Below are positions 39,374 through 50,267 of a DNA stretch of 64,000 nt, piece by piece (the stretch's first letter is position 1; every line of letters starts with the position of its first letter). The position numbers and the translations under genes are program-made. The stretch spans positions 114,437 to 178,436 of the forward strand of contig JAGVPB010000048.1 of assembly GCA_020052415.1 (NCBI GenBank), given 5' to 3'. The notes beneath the pieces were generated by a model that saw only the letters and a program-made list of their open reading frames with translations, was not told where the DNA came from and did not search any database. The stretch comes from Bacteroidales bacterium. Lineage in GTDB: Bacteria; Bacteroidota; Bacteroidia; Bacteroidales; JAADJA01.

Positions 39374-41242
39374 ATGATTCTGATCCGACATAATATGCCC
39401 CGCTGGCTGATCTTCCTGCTCGACATGTTGTTTGTCTTGTTTTCCATTTTCCTGGCTTATATGCTCAGGTTCAATTTTCATGTTCCGGAAAGTGAAACCA
39501 GAGGTTGGGTGCTTGTATTCACCATTATATTAATAACCCGCTCGTTGAGTTTTATTATTTTTAAAACTTATGCCGGCATTATTCGCTTTACAAGCACTGA
39601 AGACGCTGTACGGATTTTTCTTGTGATCATGGGTGGCAGTGTGCTATTTTCAGGAGGAAACGTCGTTTTTTATTATTTTGTCAATGCAAAATACCTCATA
39701 CCTTTTTCTATAATCATCATTGAGTTCATGACGGTAGTTCTATTGATGGTAACATTCAGGGTTGTAGTAAAAATCGCATACCTCGAACTCATGAATCCGG
39801 CAGGTTCAAAGAACAAAGTCATTATTTTTGGAGCAGGTGAGGCAGGGCTTATAACTAAAAGAGCCCTTGACCGGGACCTCGGTGTTCGCTATAAAGTGAT
39901 TGCATTTATTGATGAGGATAAAAATAAAATCGGTAAAAAACTCGAAGGGGTTGATATTAACGGGCTTGACAGGCTAAGTGAACTCCTTGCAGCTAATGAA
40001 ATAGATAATATGATCATTTCGGTGCAAAAACTCAAGCCTGAGAAAAAGAAGGTCATCGTTGAGGCTTGCCTGCCATACCGCACAAAAGTCTTTACCGTAC
40101 CCCCCGTGTCGAGTTGGATCAACGGCGAGCTAAGTTATAACCAGATTAAAAAGATCAGGATCGAAGATCTTCTTGAAAGGGAAGAGATCAGACTTGATGA
40201 CGATAGGATAAGAAACGAGCTCGAAGGGAAAATTATTATGGTAACCGGCGCTTCAGGCTCGATTGGAAGTGAACTCGTGAGGCAAATGCTGAATTTCAAT
40301 CCTCAGAAGATTATCCTGATTGACCAGGCAGAGAGCGCCATGTTCGATCTTGAAGTTGAACTTACCTCGAAATACGATTTTAAAAATTTTGAAATAGCCA
40401 TCGCCGACATTTGCAACGAAGTCAGGATGGATCATGCATTTGCATTATTTAAACCACAGATTGTTTATCATGCTGCTGCATACAAGCATGTGCCGATGAT
40501 GGAGAACAATCCGTCGGAAGCCTTATTTACCAATATAAAAGGAACAAGGATAGTTGCAGATCTTTCTGTGAAATATGGTATCGAAAAGTTTATCATGATC
40601 TCCACCGACAAAGCGGTTAATCCTACCAATGTGATGGGCGCTTCGAAAAGGATAGCCGAGATTTATGTTCAGGCTCTGAACCAGAAAGGAAAAACGCATT
40701 TTATTACTACGCGCTTTGGCAATGTGCTTGGCTCGAACGGTTCGGCCGTAACTCTTTTCAGCAAACAGATTGAAGCGGGTGGACCGGTTACTGTTACGCA
40801 TCCTGATGTGATCAGGTATTTTATGACCATTCCTGAAGCCTGCCGTCTGGTGCTCGAAGCAGGGATGATGGGTAAAGGAGGAGATATCTACCTTTTCGAT
40901 ATGGGTAAACCAATCAAAATAGTTGATCTTGCAAAAAAAATGATACAGTTATCGGGACTTGAAATAGATAAGGACATAAAAATTAAATTTACAGGCCTCC
41001 GCCCGGGTGAAAAATTATACGAAGAATTGCTTAACGATGCTGAAAACACGCTACCCACATATCATCCGCAGATCATGATAGGGAAAGTGAGGCAATATAA
41101 TTTGGAATCTGTTTCAAAGGAAATTGAAAGCCTAATCAGCTTGTTCGATAAACAGGATAATATAGCTATCGTCAAAAAAATGAAAGAAATAGTTCCTGAA
41201 TTTAAAAGCAAAAACTCCGAATTCGAAAAACTAGATACTTAA
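39374..41242 (+). CDS. Membrane-bound nucleoside-diphosphate-sugar 4,6-dehydratase (CapD/PglF/WbpM family)
   Basis: Four TM helices; GAGEAG, TGASGSIGSE, HAAAYKHVP, STDKAVNP..VMGASKR and RFGNVLGS motifs. Confidence 0.94.
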   Translation: MILIRHNMPRWLIFLLDMLFVLFSIFLAYMLRFNFHVPESETRGWVLVFTIILITRSLSFIIFKTYAGIIRFTSTEDAVRIFLVIMGGSVLFSGGNVVFYYFVNAKYLIPFSIIIIEFMTVVLLMVTFRVVVKIAYLELMNPAGSKNKVIIFGAGEAGLITKRALDRDLGVRYKVIAFIDEDKNKIGKKLEGVDINGLDRLSELLAANEIDNMIISVQKLKPEKKKVIVEACLPYRTKVFTVPPVSSWINGELSYNQIKKIRIEDLLEREEIRLDDDRIRNELEGKIIMVTGASGSIGSELVRQMLNFNPQKIILIDQAESAMFDLEVELTSKYDFKNFEIAIADICNEVRMDHAFALFKPQIVYHAAAYKHVPMMENNPSEALFTNIKGTRIVADLSVKYGIEKFIMISTDKAVNPTNVMGASKRIAEIYVQALNQKGKTHFITTRFGNVLGSNGSAVTLFSKQIEAGGPVTVTHPDVIRYFMTIPEACRLVLEAGMMGKGGDIYLFDMGKPIKIVDLAKKMIQLSGLEIDKDIKIKFTGLRPGEKLYEELLNDAENTLPTYHPQIMIGKVRQYNLESVSKEIESLISLFDKQDNIAIVKKMKEIVPEFKSKNSEFEKLDT

Positions 41243-41247
41243 ACCAA

Positions 41248-41354
41248 TCCTTCCATCCTTCCATTATTCCATTATTCCATTATTCCATCTTTCCATCATT
41301 CCATTCCTCTACCATTCCATCATTCCACTCTTCCATCATCCTCTCCTTCCTTCC
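41248..41354. repeat. Degenerate octamer array (TTCCATNN)n between convergent genes
   Basis: TTCCATCC TTCCATTA TTCCATTA TTCCATTA TTCCATCT TTCCATCA...; same family as 6445-6495. Confidence 0.85.
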
Positions 41355-41356
41355 GT

Positions 41357-41956
41357 TCACGCCGCCGGTTTTATCGAACACCCGATGGCTTTTGTTGTTG
41401 CAGGATTTGGATCTTTGCCTTCCAAAAGAGCATTCAGTGCATTCTCAAGAAATTTATTTGTTACGCCTGCGGCATCCCCCGAATTGTTGTCAATAGCTCC
41501 GATATATTTCACGACCAGTCCTTTTTCCTCCCGGTTTAAAACAAATACATGAGGTGTTTTGGTGGCGCCGTATTTTGGATAAATCTTCTGGCCCTCATCA
41601 AAAAGATAAGGAAAGGTGAAATTCATTTCCTTTGCTCTGACAATCATATTTTCATAAGAATCTTCCGGATACATCGGATTGTCATTCGGATTAATCGCAA
41701 TTACGGGATAACCTTGAGACTTATATTTCTTATTAATGGCAATGATGCGGTCCTGGTAGGCAACTGCCGTCGGACAATGATTGCACGTAAATACGATGAT
41801 AAATCCCTTTGCGTCCTTAAAATCGGCAAGGGAAACCATTTTACCATCTGTATTTTTCAGGTTGAAATCAGTTGCTGTGTCACCTATATTGTATCCCTGT
41901 GTAAAACCAATACTGGCGATCAACCAGGTAAATATTACTGATGCTAATGTTTTCAT
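41357..41956 (-). CDS. Thioredoxin-fold AhpC/TSA (peroxiredoxin-like) secreted protein
   Basis: FTCNHCP, FPYL.DE.Q, YGA.KTP, Y.GAID and AIGCSIK motifs. Confidence 0.9.
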   Translation of the reverse strand: MKTLASVIFTWLIASIGFTQGYNIGDTATDFNLKNTDGKMVSLADFKDAKGFIIVFTCNHCPTAVAYQDRIIAINKKYKSQGYPVIAINPNDNPMYPEDSYENMIVRAKEMNFTFPYLFDEGQKIYPKYGATKTPHVFVLNREEKGLVVKYIGAIDNNSGDAAGVTNKFLENALNALLEGKDPNPATTKAIGCSIKPAA

Positions 41957-41959
41957 GTA

Positions 41960-42493
41960 TTATATTTTTGATTCAACTATATTTTTTAACTCCACGTAGG
42001 ATAATGATTTTTCATAAAATTCTCTTGAATTTCCCTTGTAAACCAATGTGGCGGGTATAGAACCCGACCATTGGGGACTGACCTTGTCAATCCACAGGTT
42101 GGCATCCGTGTCGGTAAGATGAACGACGGATGACCGAATGTGATTATTTTTGATGAAAGGAAGCAGTAATTCCTCATGTTTATTTGGGAAATCAATACTA
42201 ACGAGATAAACTTTTACCTTCCTTTTTTCATATTCTTTATTGATCTTTTCAAATGCAGGCAACTCTGTGATGCACGGCTTACACCAGGTAGCCCAGAAAT
42301 TGAAAATATAAACTGTGTCATTCGTTTGCTGAAGCATGGGTTCAAGTTCATCGAAACTCATACTCGGAATAATTTCGGTTTCATTGGTCTGGCAGGAAAC
42401 CAAAATAGTAAATCCCACCAGAATAAGCATCACCGTAAAAAACTGTATTTTTACTTTCCGGCATTTAAATCTCATGCAGTGCAAACAAATCAT
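41960..42493 (-). CDS. TlpA-like thiol:disulfide oxidoreductase; start codon uncertain
   Basis: NFWATWCKPC..ELP.F and W.GSIPAT motifs. Confidence 0.88.
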   Translation of the reverse strand: MICLHCMRFKCRKVKIQFFTVMLILVGFTILVSCQTNETEIIPSMSFDELEPMLQQTNDTVYIFNFWATWCKPCITELPAFEKINKEYEKRKVKVYLVSIDFPNKHEELLLPFIKNNHIRSSVVHLTDTDANLWIDKVSPQWSGSIPATLVYKGNSREFYEKSLSYVELKNIVESKI

Positions 42494-42512
42494 AATTAAT
42501 AAAGTTCAGGGA

Positions 42513-43418
42513 TCATATTTTTTCAAATACCAGCCTGTAATGATCCATGATCTCTTTTTCAAAGCAAATTCTGTTAGGGCTTATTCTGAATATTGCCACC
42601 TGGTGCCGGAATTCTTTATCAGCAACGTATTTTGGAATTAGAGAAAAGTAAAGCCAGTATTTTTTCAGATTGAACTTCCTGAACTTCTTTCTCCACTGGC
42701 CTATTGTTTCTATATAATCCAGCCTTCCGCTGCTTTGAGAAATTAATTTAAATTGCGGCGTGGCATTTCTGATTACCATTTCGGGTCCATAGGGCAGCCA
42801 TGAGCCCGGAAATTCTTTTACCATCAGAGCACACACATGAGGGGCTGTTCCTTGTTTGGCATGGATATCAAAATCTTCATAAGCGATCATGTTTATACTA
42901 AAGGTCATTGTCTGCATATAAAATCTTCCGCCTTTTGGCAACAGGTTGTACAAAGTTTGAAAAAAATCTCTGTATATTTTTTCCTGATTGCCCTCCCGCC
43001 ATTCTTCAACGGAGCAAAAATGCTCCAATCCGCCGATACAGGCAATCGCATCAAACAGGCCAAAGTCTTCGGGCTTCACATAGCGGCAATCTCTCACTAG
43101 AACATTCAAACCGTTTTTCCGGCAGGCTTCTGCTTGTCCCTGCGATAGGGTCAGACCGATACTTATAGCTCCTCTTTCCTGAGTAATATATTTTGAAAAG
43201 GGACCCCAACCACAAGCCATGTCGAGCACTTTGCTTCCTTTTTTTATACCGAGGCTATCAGCAATGAATACGTGTTTGGCTCTTTGGGCTTCTTCAAGCA
43301 ACATAGAGAAATCACCATCATACTTAGCACCGCTGTAATCGCCCGTTTCGCCGATGCTTAACCGGAATATTTTATCTATTGTAGTGTAGGTGAAATCCAA
43401 ATCCTTTTTTTCTGCCAT
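42513..43418 (-). CDS. Class I SAM methyltransferase, cyclopropane-fatty-acyl synthase-like
   Basis: LEEAQ..K, VLDMACGWG, GLTLS..Q, IGGLEH and FPG..LP motifs. Confidence 0.85.
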   Translation of the reverse strand: MAEKKDLDFTYTTIDKIFRLSIGETGDYSGAKYDGDFSMLLEEAQRAKHVFIADSLGIKKGSKVLDMACGWGPFSKYITQERGAISIGLTLSQGQAEACRKNGLNVLVRDCRYVKPEDFGLFDAIACIGGLEHFCSVEEWREGNQEKIYRDFFQTLYNLLPKGGRFYMQTMTFSINMIAYEDFDIHAKQGTAPHVCALMVKEFPGSWLPYGPEMVIRNATPQFKLISQSSGRLDYIETIGQWRKKFRKFNLKKYWLYFSLIPKYVADKEFRHQVAIFRISPNRICFEKEIMDHYRLVFEKI

Positions 43419-43668
43419 ATATAAGCCTTAATTATAAATAAATTTAAAACTCTTTTCCCTTCTAAAATCCATAATTTCACATATCAATAATCCTGGACTT
43501 CTTATCATTAAAAGTACAATCAAAAGCATGTCTGTGCATTGACTGACAACCTGAAATCTGTCCGCCAGTCGTCGGATACCTTCGGCAAAACATGAAACAA
43601 TATTAAATCTCATTTGTTTTCCTGAAGGAAGGCTGTTGTTATTATCAGACATGTATTACTACTGTATT

Positions 43669-45081
43669 ATGAAAACACATATAACAAGAAATTGTCTTTT
43701 CTTTTTATGCCTGGCAACATCCATTGTTAATTGCCAGACAAAAGTTACTCCGACCTCGCTTATCCTTACCACTTTTGCCTCTGGGTTAAACCATCCTGTT
43801 GACATAGCTAATGCAGGCGACAACAGGCTTTTTATAGTCGAGCAGGATGGTTACATACAAATTGCAGATCCGTCTGGCAACCTAAATTCCACTCCATTCC
43901 TGGATATTATTGACCGTGTTGAATCCGGTGGTGAACAGGGATTATTAGGCCTTGCCTTTCATCCCGAATTTGCCAGCACTGGTTTCTTTTATGTAAACTA
44001 TACCGGTGTGGGAGACAGCACACATATCTCAAGGTTCAATGTTAGTCCAATTAACGCGGATATGGCTGATCCAAACAGTGAAATGAAGTTATTGACCATA
44101 TTCCAGCCTTTTCAAAATCATAACGGAGGTTGTCTGAAATTCGGCACCGATGGGTATTTGTATATCGGACTTGGTGATGGCGGTTCGGCCGGAGATCCGG
44201 GAAACAGGGCTCAGAATCCCATGGAATTTCTCGGTAAAATGCTCCGCATTGATGTTGATGGCGGAAACCCATATACCATCCCGGAAACCAATCCTTATTT
44301 TGGTAATTTGTCTGTTTTGAATGAAATCTGGGCGATGGGATTAAGAAATCCCTGGCGATTCAGTTTCGACAAACTGACAGGCGATCTCTGGATCGGAGAT
44401 GTCGGTCAAAATGCAATTGAGGAAATTGATTTGCAGCCGGGTTCAAGTGAAGGCGGTGAAAATTATGGCTGGAGGTGCTATGAAGGAAGCAGCGCTTACA
44501 ATACTGCAGGGTGCAATTCAGGAGATTACTATATCCTTCCCGTGCATGAATACACCCATTCAGCAACCAATAGTTGCTCTGTAACCGGTGGCTTTGTTTA
44601 CCGGGGTTCACAATTTCCAGTTTTTTCAGGTAAATACTTTTTTGCAGACTATTGCAGCGACAAAATCTGGACACTCTCATCTGAAAGCGGATCATGGATC
44701 GCAACCCTAATGGGTCAATACAACGGTAATAATTTCTCAACCTTCGGCGAAGATGTTAATGGCAAACTTTACATTGCAGGCCACTCCAGCGGCATCATCT
44801 TTTGTATTGGTGATTCAGGAACTGGTTGTAGCAGTACCCAAACGCATGTACCTTATATCTATCCGAATCCTTTTAATGAAATATTATCTGTTGAATTGGC
44901 AGCCAACATTTCTTCGCCGGGTTTTATTAATATTTTCGATATAACAGGGAATATGGTTTTTAAATCAGATATCCTAACCAAACATACCGATATTCAGCTG
45001 GGATTTTTACCTTCAGGAATTTATCTTTTTAATGTATTGATGGAAGAAACCAGTATTATTGATAAAATAATTAAACAATAA
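43669..45081 (+). CDS. PQQ-dependent glucose/sorbosone dehydrogenase family protein with a T9SS C-terminal domain
   Basis: GEQGLLGLAFHP, NHNGG...FG.DGYLYIG.GDGG, GLRNPWR.SFD and SVTGG.VYRG motifs; YPNP C-terminal domain. Confidence 0.9.
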   Translation: MKTHITRNCLFFLCLATSIVNCQTKVTPTSLILTTFASGLNHPVDIANAGDNRLFIVEQDGYIQIADPSGNLNSTPFLDIIDRVESGGEQGLLGLAFHPEFASTGFFYVNYTGVGDSTHISRFNVSPINADMADPNSEMKLLTIFQPFQNHNGGCLKFGTDGYLYIGLGDGGSAGDPGNRAQNPMEFLGKMLRIDVDGGNPYTIPETNPYFGNLSVLNEIWAMGLRNPWRFSFDKLTGDLWIGDVGQNAIEEIDLQPGSSEGGENYGWRCYEGSSAYNTAGCNSGDYYILPVHEYTHSATNSCSVTGGFVYRGSQFPVFSGKYFFADYCSDKIWTLSSESGSWIATLMGQYNGNNFSTFGEDVNGKLYIAGHSSGIIFCIGDSGTGCSSTQTHVPYIYPNPFNEILSVELAANISSPGFINIFDITGNMVFKSDILTKHTDIQLGFLPSGIYLFNVLMEETSIIDKIIKQ

Positions 45082-45281
45082 TTTCTCCTCAAAAATAAAA
45101 GCTAATTTGAATTGAATATAAACGTTACCAGCAAATTGAGGTTCTGAGAACCTTTTGGTTTGCACTCATAACTAAATATTTAATTTCTTATATAAAAAAT
45201 CCGGTTTTTAATTGGATTTTTTGAATTATTATATAATTTCGTGCCGTTTTAAAATTAACAGAGTTTTAACATTTTATTAAA

Positions 45282-45632
45282 ATGAGCAGCGAAAGCTTAA
45301 TATTATTCTTTATAGTAGGTGCATTTCTTGTGGGCGGAGCTATAATATTTTCATCTTTTATTGCGCCTACTTCTACCAATCCCCAGAAGTCCGAAGCTTA
45401 TGAATGTGGTGTTCCAACCAAAGGCATTACCTGGCTTCAGTTTAATATAGGTTATTATCTTTTTGCCCTCCTTTTTCTCATCTTTGATGTTGAAACTGTC
45501 TTCATTTTTCCCTGGGCAGCAGTTATGAAAGAAATGGGCATGGTTGCCTTTGTCGAGATATTGATTTTCTTCATTATCCTTGGCTTTGGACTATTGTATG
45601 CCTGGAAAAAACATGCATTGATATGGGAATAA
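45282..45632 (+). CDS. nuoA: NADH-quinone oxidoreductase subunit A
   Basis: [20 protein letters not shown] motifs. Confidence 0.95.
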   Translation: MSSESLILFFIVGAFLVGGAIIFSSFIAPTSTNPQKSEAYECGVPTKGITWLQFNIGYYLFALLFLIFDVETVFIFPWAAVMKEMGMVAFVEILIFFIILGFGLLYAWKKHALIWE

Positions 45633-46165
45633 AATCAATGAAAGATCAGGATTTCAGGGATAATGAAACCCTGGATCTGTTTAAAAAAGAGGGTGGGAAT
45701 TTTCTTCTGTCAACAGTGGATGCATTAATTGACTGGGGTCGTTCAAACTCTATCTGGCCTCTGACTTTTGCCACAGCATGTTGCGGTATCGAAATGATGG
45801 CTGCAGGAGCTTCGCGTCATGATTTTGCACGGTTTGGAATTGAAGTCTATCGGGCAAGTCCCCGTCAGGCAGATGTCATTGTTGTTGCGGGTACGATTAC
45901 CAATAAAATGGCCCCTGTCCTGAAACGGTTGTACGACCAGATGGCCGAGCCCAAATATGTAATTGCAATGGGAGCCTGTGCCATATCAGGCGGACCTTTC
46001 TATTATAACTCCTATCACGTCGTCAAAGGTGTGGATCATGTTGTTCCCGTGGATGTTTATATTCCGGGTTGCCCACCGAGACCGGAAGCGTTACTTTATG
46101 GTGTAATGCAACTCCAGAGAAAAATTAAACTCGAAACCATTGCAAAGAAAAGAAGCAATGCTTAA
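45623..46165 (+). CDS. nuoB: NADH-quinone oxidoreductase subunit B
   Basis: [21 protein letters not shown] and PGCPPRPE motifs. Confidence 0.96.
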   Translation: MGIKSMKDQDFRDNETLDLFKKEGGNFLLSTVDALIDWGRSNSIWPLTFATACCGIEMMAAGASRHDFARFGIEVYRASPRQADVIVVAGTITNKMAPVLKRLYDQMAEPKYVIAMGACAISGGPFYYNSYHVVKGVDHVVPVDVYIPGCPPRPEALLYGVMQLQRKIKLETIAKKRSNA

Positions 46166-46196
46166 TGATATTTCTAAGTTATTTTGATCCTATAAA

Positions 46197-46655
46197 ATGG
46201 AAAACAACAAATTACAGGAACTGATTCAAAATTTCACGCCCGAAGCAGAAATTACAGCAGGTAAACAATTTCTTACTGTAACTGTCGATAAGAGCCGTTT
46301 ACATGAACTGGCAAAGAAACTAAAGGAATCTGAAGAAACACAATTTGATTATCTTTTTTGTGAAAGCGCTGTGGATTATAACGATTATTTTATGATGGTC
46401 TATCATCTCGATTCGACCACCCACAGGCATCAACTGGTTCTAAAAGCGAAAATTACCGATCGTGAAAACCCGGAAATAGATTCCGTTTGCGATCTATGGG
46501 AGGCAGCGAATTATCATGAAAGGGAAATCTTCGACCTTTTTGGTATTCGGTTCATTAACCACCCCGACATGAGAAAAATTTTTCTTGACAACGACTGGGT
46601 TGGGTTCCCGCTTAGAAAAGACTATGTGGATAAAGTAAATGTTGTTGAAAGATAA
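46197..46655 (+). CDS. nuoC: NADH-quinone oxidoreductase subunit C
   Basis: ERE.FDLFGI.F..HPD.R and GFPLRKD motifs. Confidence 0.95.
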   Translation: MENNKLQELIQNFTPEAEITAGKQFLTVTVDKSRLHELAKKLKESEETQFDYLFCESAVDYNDYFMMVYHLDSTTHRHQLVLKAKITDRENPEIDSVCDLWEAANYHEREIFDLFGIRFINHPDMRKIFLDNDWVGFPLRKDYVDKVNVVER

Positions 46656-46660
46656 GGAGT

Positions 46661-47782
46661 ATGGACGCAGAAAAAATACAACCCCTCACCGAGGAACAGG
46701 AATTCTCCATTAACATGGGTCCGCAGCATCCGTCAACACATGGTGTGCTCAGGCTGATGCTTAAACTTCAGGGTGAGATGGTACGTGAAGTCAAGCCGCA
46801 ATTAGGTTATATTCACAGGGGCATTGAAAAAATGTGCGAAAAACTCACCTATCCTCAAACCATTCACCTAACCGACAGACTCGATTATTTATCGGCTCAC
46901 ATACTTAATGAATCGGTTTGTCTGGCAGTCGAGAATGCTCTCGAGGTTGAAGTCCCTGACAGGGTAAAATACGTGAGAACCATTATTGATGAGCTGAACA
47001 GGATTGCATCGCATCAGCTTTGGTGGTGTGCATTCGGAATGGATCTCGGCGCATTGACCACATTTTTTTATGGCCTTCGCGACAGGGAAAAGATTCTTGA
47101 TATATTTGAAGAAACATGCGGAGCCAGGTTGCTGTTAAGCTACAATGTGCCGGGCGGATTAATGTTCGATATTCATCCAAACTTCCAGAAAAGAACTAAG
47201 GATTTCATAAAATATTTCAGAAAAAAACTGCCCGAGTACGATGCTTTGCTTACAGGGAATCCAATTATGCAGGAAAGGACAAAAGGGATTGGTTATTTCT
47301 CAAAAGAGGATGCCATCAATTTTGGCCTTAGTGGTCCACCCGGAAGAGCATCCGGATTTTCATGCGATGTGAGGGTACATCAGCCATACAGTGCATATCC
47401 TTTCGCCAAGTTTAAAGAAATTCTTTATACGGAAGGCGATACCTTTCACAGGTATAAAGTAAGGATAGATGAGATGTGGGAATCAATGAATATCATCGAG
47501 CAACTCATTGATAATATTCCGGAGGGAGATTTTGCCGTTAAAATGAAGCCGGTGATAAAGCTTCCTGAAGGCGAGTATTACCAGCGTGTTGAAGCTGCCA
47601 GAGGGGAGTTTGGGGTTTATATAGTGAGCGACGGAAACAAGAATCCTTACAGGATGAAATTCCGTTCTCCTAATTTCTGCAACCTGGCGCCTCTGCATAA
47701 AATGAGTGTCGGTTACAAAATTGCTGACCTTGTTGCTATCAGTGGTTCGCTCGATTTTGTAGTTCCGGATATGGACCGTTAA
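46661..47782 (+). CDS. nuoD: NADH-quinone oxidoreductase subunit D
   Basis: NMGPQHPSTHGVLRL, GYIHRGIEK, DRLDY and terminal D.V..D.DR motifs. Confidence 0.96.
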   Translation: MDAEKIQPLTEEQEFSINMGPQHPSTHGVLRLMLKLQGEMVREVKPQLGYIHRGIEKMCEKLTYPQTIHLTDRLDYLSAHILNESVCLAVENALEVEVPDRVKYVRTIIDELNRIASHQLWWCAFGMDLGALTTFFYGLRDREKILDIFEETCGARLLLSYNVPGGLMFDIHPNFQKRTKDFIKYFRKKLPEYDALLTGNPIMQERTKGIGYFSKEDAINFGLSGPPGRASGFSCDVRVHQPYSAYPFAKFKEILYTEGDTFHRYKVRIDEMWESMNIIEQLIDNIPEGDFAVKMKPVIKLPEGEYYQRVEAARGEFGVYIVSDGNKNPYRMKFRSPNFCNLAPLHKMSVGYKIADLVAISGSLDFVVPDMDR

Positions 47783-47816
47783 AACAATGGGTTAATCAAT
47801 AGTTGAAAAGAACATT

Positions 47817-48905
47817 ATGAATTTTGATATTTACGATTTTTCATCTTTTACCAAAAGCATTGACGAGGGCTTAATGGCAAGCATGTCGCCTTTCTGGGCG
47901 ATTACCATTGAAATGATTATCATCGGTGTTCTGATCCTCGGCTTTTATGCAGTTGTCGGGCTTTATCTTGTTTATGCTGAAAGAAAGATATGTGCTTTTA
48001 TGCAGTGCCGGGTGGGTCCCAACAGGGTCGGGCCGTATGGTTTTTTCCAGACAATAGCCGACCTGATCAAATTACTTTTAAAAGAACTGATCCCAATTAA
48101 GAATGCCGATAAAATTCTTTTTAATATCGCACCGTTTATAGTTATTATTGCCTCCTTTATGGCCATTGCAGCAATTCCTTTTGCAAAAGGTTTACACGCG
48201 TTGGACTTTAATATCGGTGTGCTGTATGTGATGGCTGTTTCCTCAATGGGAGTTATTGGAATCCTTTTAGCAGGTTGGTCAAGCAATAATAAATATTCTC
48301 TCATCGGAGCCATGCGAAGCGGGGCTCAGATCGTAAGCTATGAATTATCGGTCGGACTTTCGCTTATCACTATTGTTATTTTAGCCGGAAGCCTTCAGTT
48401 TTCAACTATTGTAGAAGGCCAGCGAAACGGTTGGTTCATTTTTACAGGACATATTCCGGCTATTATTGCTTTCCTTGTTTTTTTGGTTGCAAGTACAGCC
48501 GAAACCAACCGCGGACCTTTTGACCTGGCTGAAGCCGAATCGGAACTTACAGCCGGTTTCCACACAGAATATTCCGGAATTAAGTTTGCCTTCTTTTTCC
48601 TTGCTGAATACATGAACATGTTTATTGTTGCTTCTATTGCTGCAACAGTATTCCTTGGCGGCTGGATGCCTTTCCATATAGGAGGATGGGAAGCGTTCAA
48701 CGGTATTATGGATTATATTCCACCCTTTATTTGGTATATCGGCAAAACTGCATTTGTGATTTTCCTGATGATGTGGTTTAAATGGACTTTCCCACGGTTA
48801 AGGATTGATCAATTGCTTACACTTGAATGGAAATATCTTCTTCCTATAAATCTTTTCAATATTATATTAATGGCATTTATAGTATTAATGGGCTGGCATT
48901 TTTAA
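47817..48905 (+). CDS. nuoH: NADH-quinone oxidoreductase subunit H
   Basis: ERK..A.MQ.R.GPNRVG and [23 protein letters not shown] motifs. Confidence 0.96.
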   Translation: MNFDIYDFSSFTKSIDEGLMASMSPFWAITIEMIIIGVLILGFYAVVGLYLVYAERKICAFMQCRVGPNRVGPYGFFQTIADLIKLLLKELIPIKNADKILFNIAPFIVIIASFMAIAAIPFAKGLHALDFNIGVLYVMAVSSMGVIGILLAGWSSNNKYSLIGAMRSGAQIVSYELSVGLSLITIVILAGSLQFSTIVEGQRNGWFIFTGHIPAIIAFLVFLVASTAETNRGPFDLAEAESELTAGFHTEYSGIKFAFFFLAEYMNMFIVASIAATVFLGGWMPFHIGGWEAFNGIMDYIPPFIWYIGKTAFVIFLMMWFKWTFPRLRIDQLLTLEWKYLLPINLFNIILMAFIVLMGWHF

Positions 48906-48908
48906 ATC

Positions 48909-49391
48909 ATGAAGAGTATCATCAATTACCTGGCAGAAATTTTCAGAGGCGTCAGCGCCCTGATCAAGGGAATGAAGGTAACCGGATATTACTTCATTCA
49001 TCCCGGTGAAATCGTCACACAGCAATATCCCGAGAACCGGAAAAAACTTGTAATGTTCGAAAGGTTCAAGGGAGAAGTAGTGATGATCCACAACGAAAAT
49101 AATGAACATCATTGCACTGCTTGTGGCATCTGTGAAATGAACTGTCCGAACGGAAGCATTGAAATAATCAGCAAAACGGTGACGAGTGAGGATGGAAAGA
49201 AGAAAAAAGTTTTGGCACATCATATTTATCACCTGGGCATGTGCACTTTCTGTAATCTTTGTGTAAAAACCTGTCCCTCGAATGCCTTGAAAATGGACCA
49301 GACATTTGAGCACGCGGTTTTTGACAGGACCAAACTGACAAAAGTATTAAACAGGCCGGGATCGGTTTTAATGAAAGGAGTTGATAAATGA
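48909..49391 (+). CDS. nuoI: NADH-quinone oxidoreductase subunit I (2x[4Fe-4S])
   Basis: CTACGICEMNCP and CTFCNLCVKTCP ferredoxin motifs. Confidence 0.95.
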   Translation: MKSIINYLAEIFRGVSALIKGMKVTGYYFIHPGEIVTQQYPENRKKLVMFERFKGEVVMIHNENNEHHCTACGICEMNCPNGSIEIISKTVTSEDGKKKKVLAHHIYHLGMCTFCNLCVKTCPSNALKMDQTFEHAVFDRTKLTKVLNRPGSVLMKGVDK

Positions 49392-49903
49392 CAATCAGCG
49401 AAATTATTTTTTATTTGTTCTCAGCGACGATCATTTTTTTCTCGATTCTTACAGTAACGAGCCGTCGTATTTTAAGGGCAGCGGTTTATCTGCTCTTTGT
49501 TCTTGTTTCCACGGCAGGGTTGTATTTCATGCTCAATTACCATTTCCTTGCTGCTGTTCAGCTTACTTTGTATGCCGGAGGCATTGTAGTTCTGATCATT
49601 TTCTCTATTTTACTTACGAGCCATATCAGCCAGAAATTTGAACCTGTCGGAATAAAAAAACAAATCTTTTCGGCTATTGCCATGGCCGCAGGAGCCATTT
49701 TGAGTATAATGGTTATTTTAAATTATGGCTTTAATTCACTGATCACGGTGGCTGATAATCCGACAATGAACACTATTGGCTACGGGTTGCTTAATTATGG
49801 AAAAAATGGTTATGCCCTTCCTTTCGAGGTGATCAGTATTTTGCTTCTCGCTGCTATGTTTGCATCAATAGTAATTGCTAAAAAAGATAAAAAAACCAAT
49901 TAA
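49388..49903 (+). CDS. nuoJ: NADH-quinone oxidoreductase subunit J
   Basis: FLAAVQL.LYAGGI.VL and Y.LPFE..S.LLL motifs. Confidence 0.95.
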   Translation: MTISEIIFYLFSATIIFFSILTVTSRRILRAAVYLLFVLVSTAGLYFMLNYHFLAAVQLTLYAGGIVVLIIFSILLTSHISQKFEPVGIKKQIFSAIAMAAGAILSIMVILNYGFNSLITVADNPTMNTIGYGLLNYGKNGYALPFEVISILLLAAMFASIVIAKKDKKTN

Positions 49904-49904
49904 A

Positions 49905-50222
49905 ATGACAGCAGTAATTCCATTACATTATTTTCTAATTGTAAGCACACTGATGTTTTTTATCGGCATCTATGGTTTTCTTACGAGGAAGAACCTGATA
50001 ACCATTTTGATGTCGGTTGAGTTGATACTGAATTCGGTTAATATAAATTTTGTTGCTTTTAACAGGTATTTATTTCCCGGCGAATTGCAGGGACATTTCT
50101 TTACACTGTTTATCATTGCAGTTGCGGCTGCTGAGGCGGCGGTAGCAATTGCGATCATCATCAGCGTTTACCGTAGATTTACAAACATCGACGTCGAACG
50201 GGTTGATACAATGAAACATTAA
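49905..50222 (+). CDS. nuoK: NADH-quinone oxidoreductase subunit K
   Basis: LMSVEL.LN and AVAAAEAAVA.A motifs. Confidence 0.95.
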   Translation: MTAVIPLHYFLIVSTLMFFIGIYGFLTRKNLITILMSVELILNSVNINFVAFNRYLFPGELQGHFFTLFIIAVAAAEAAVAIAIIISVYRRFTNIDVERVDTMKH

Positions 50223-50267
50223 CGATTGATTTGAAACGAAATTTAACAAAGAAACTAAAGATAAATA

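Noticed and set aside
41357-42493. Thioredoxin-fold pair as selenoproteins
   Set aside because: Both have intact CxxC motifs encoded by Cys codons, and the TGA of 41357-41956 falls at the normal C-terminus after GCSIK.
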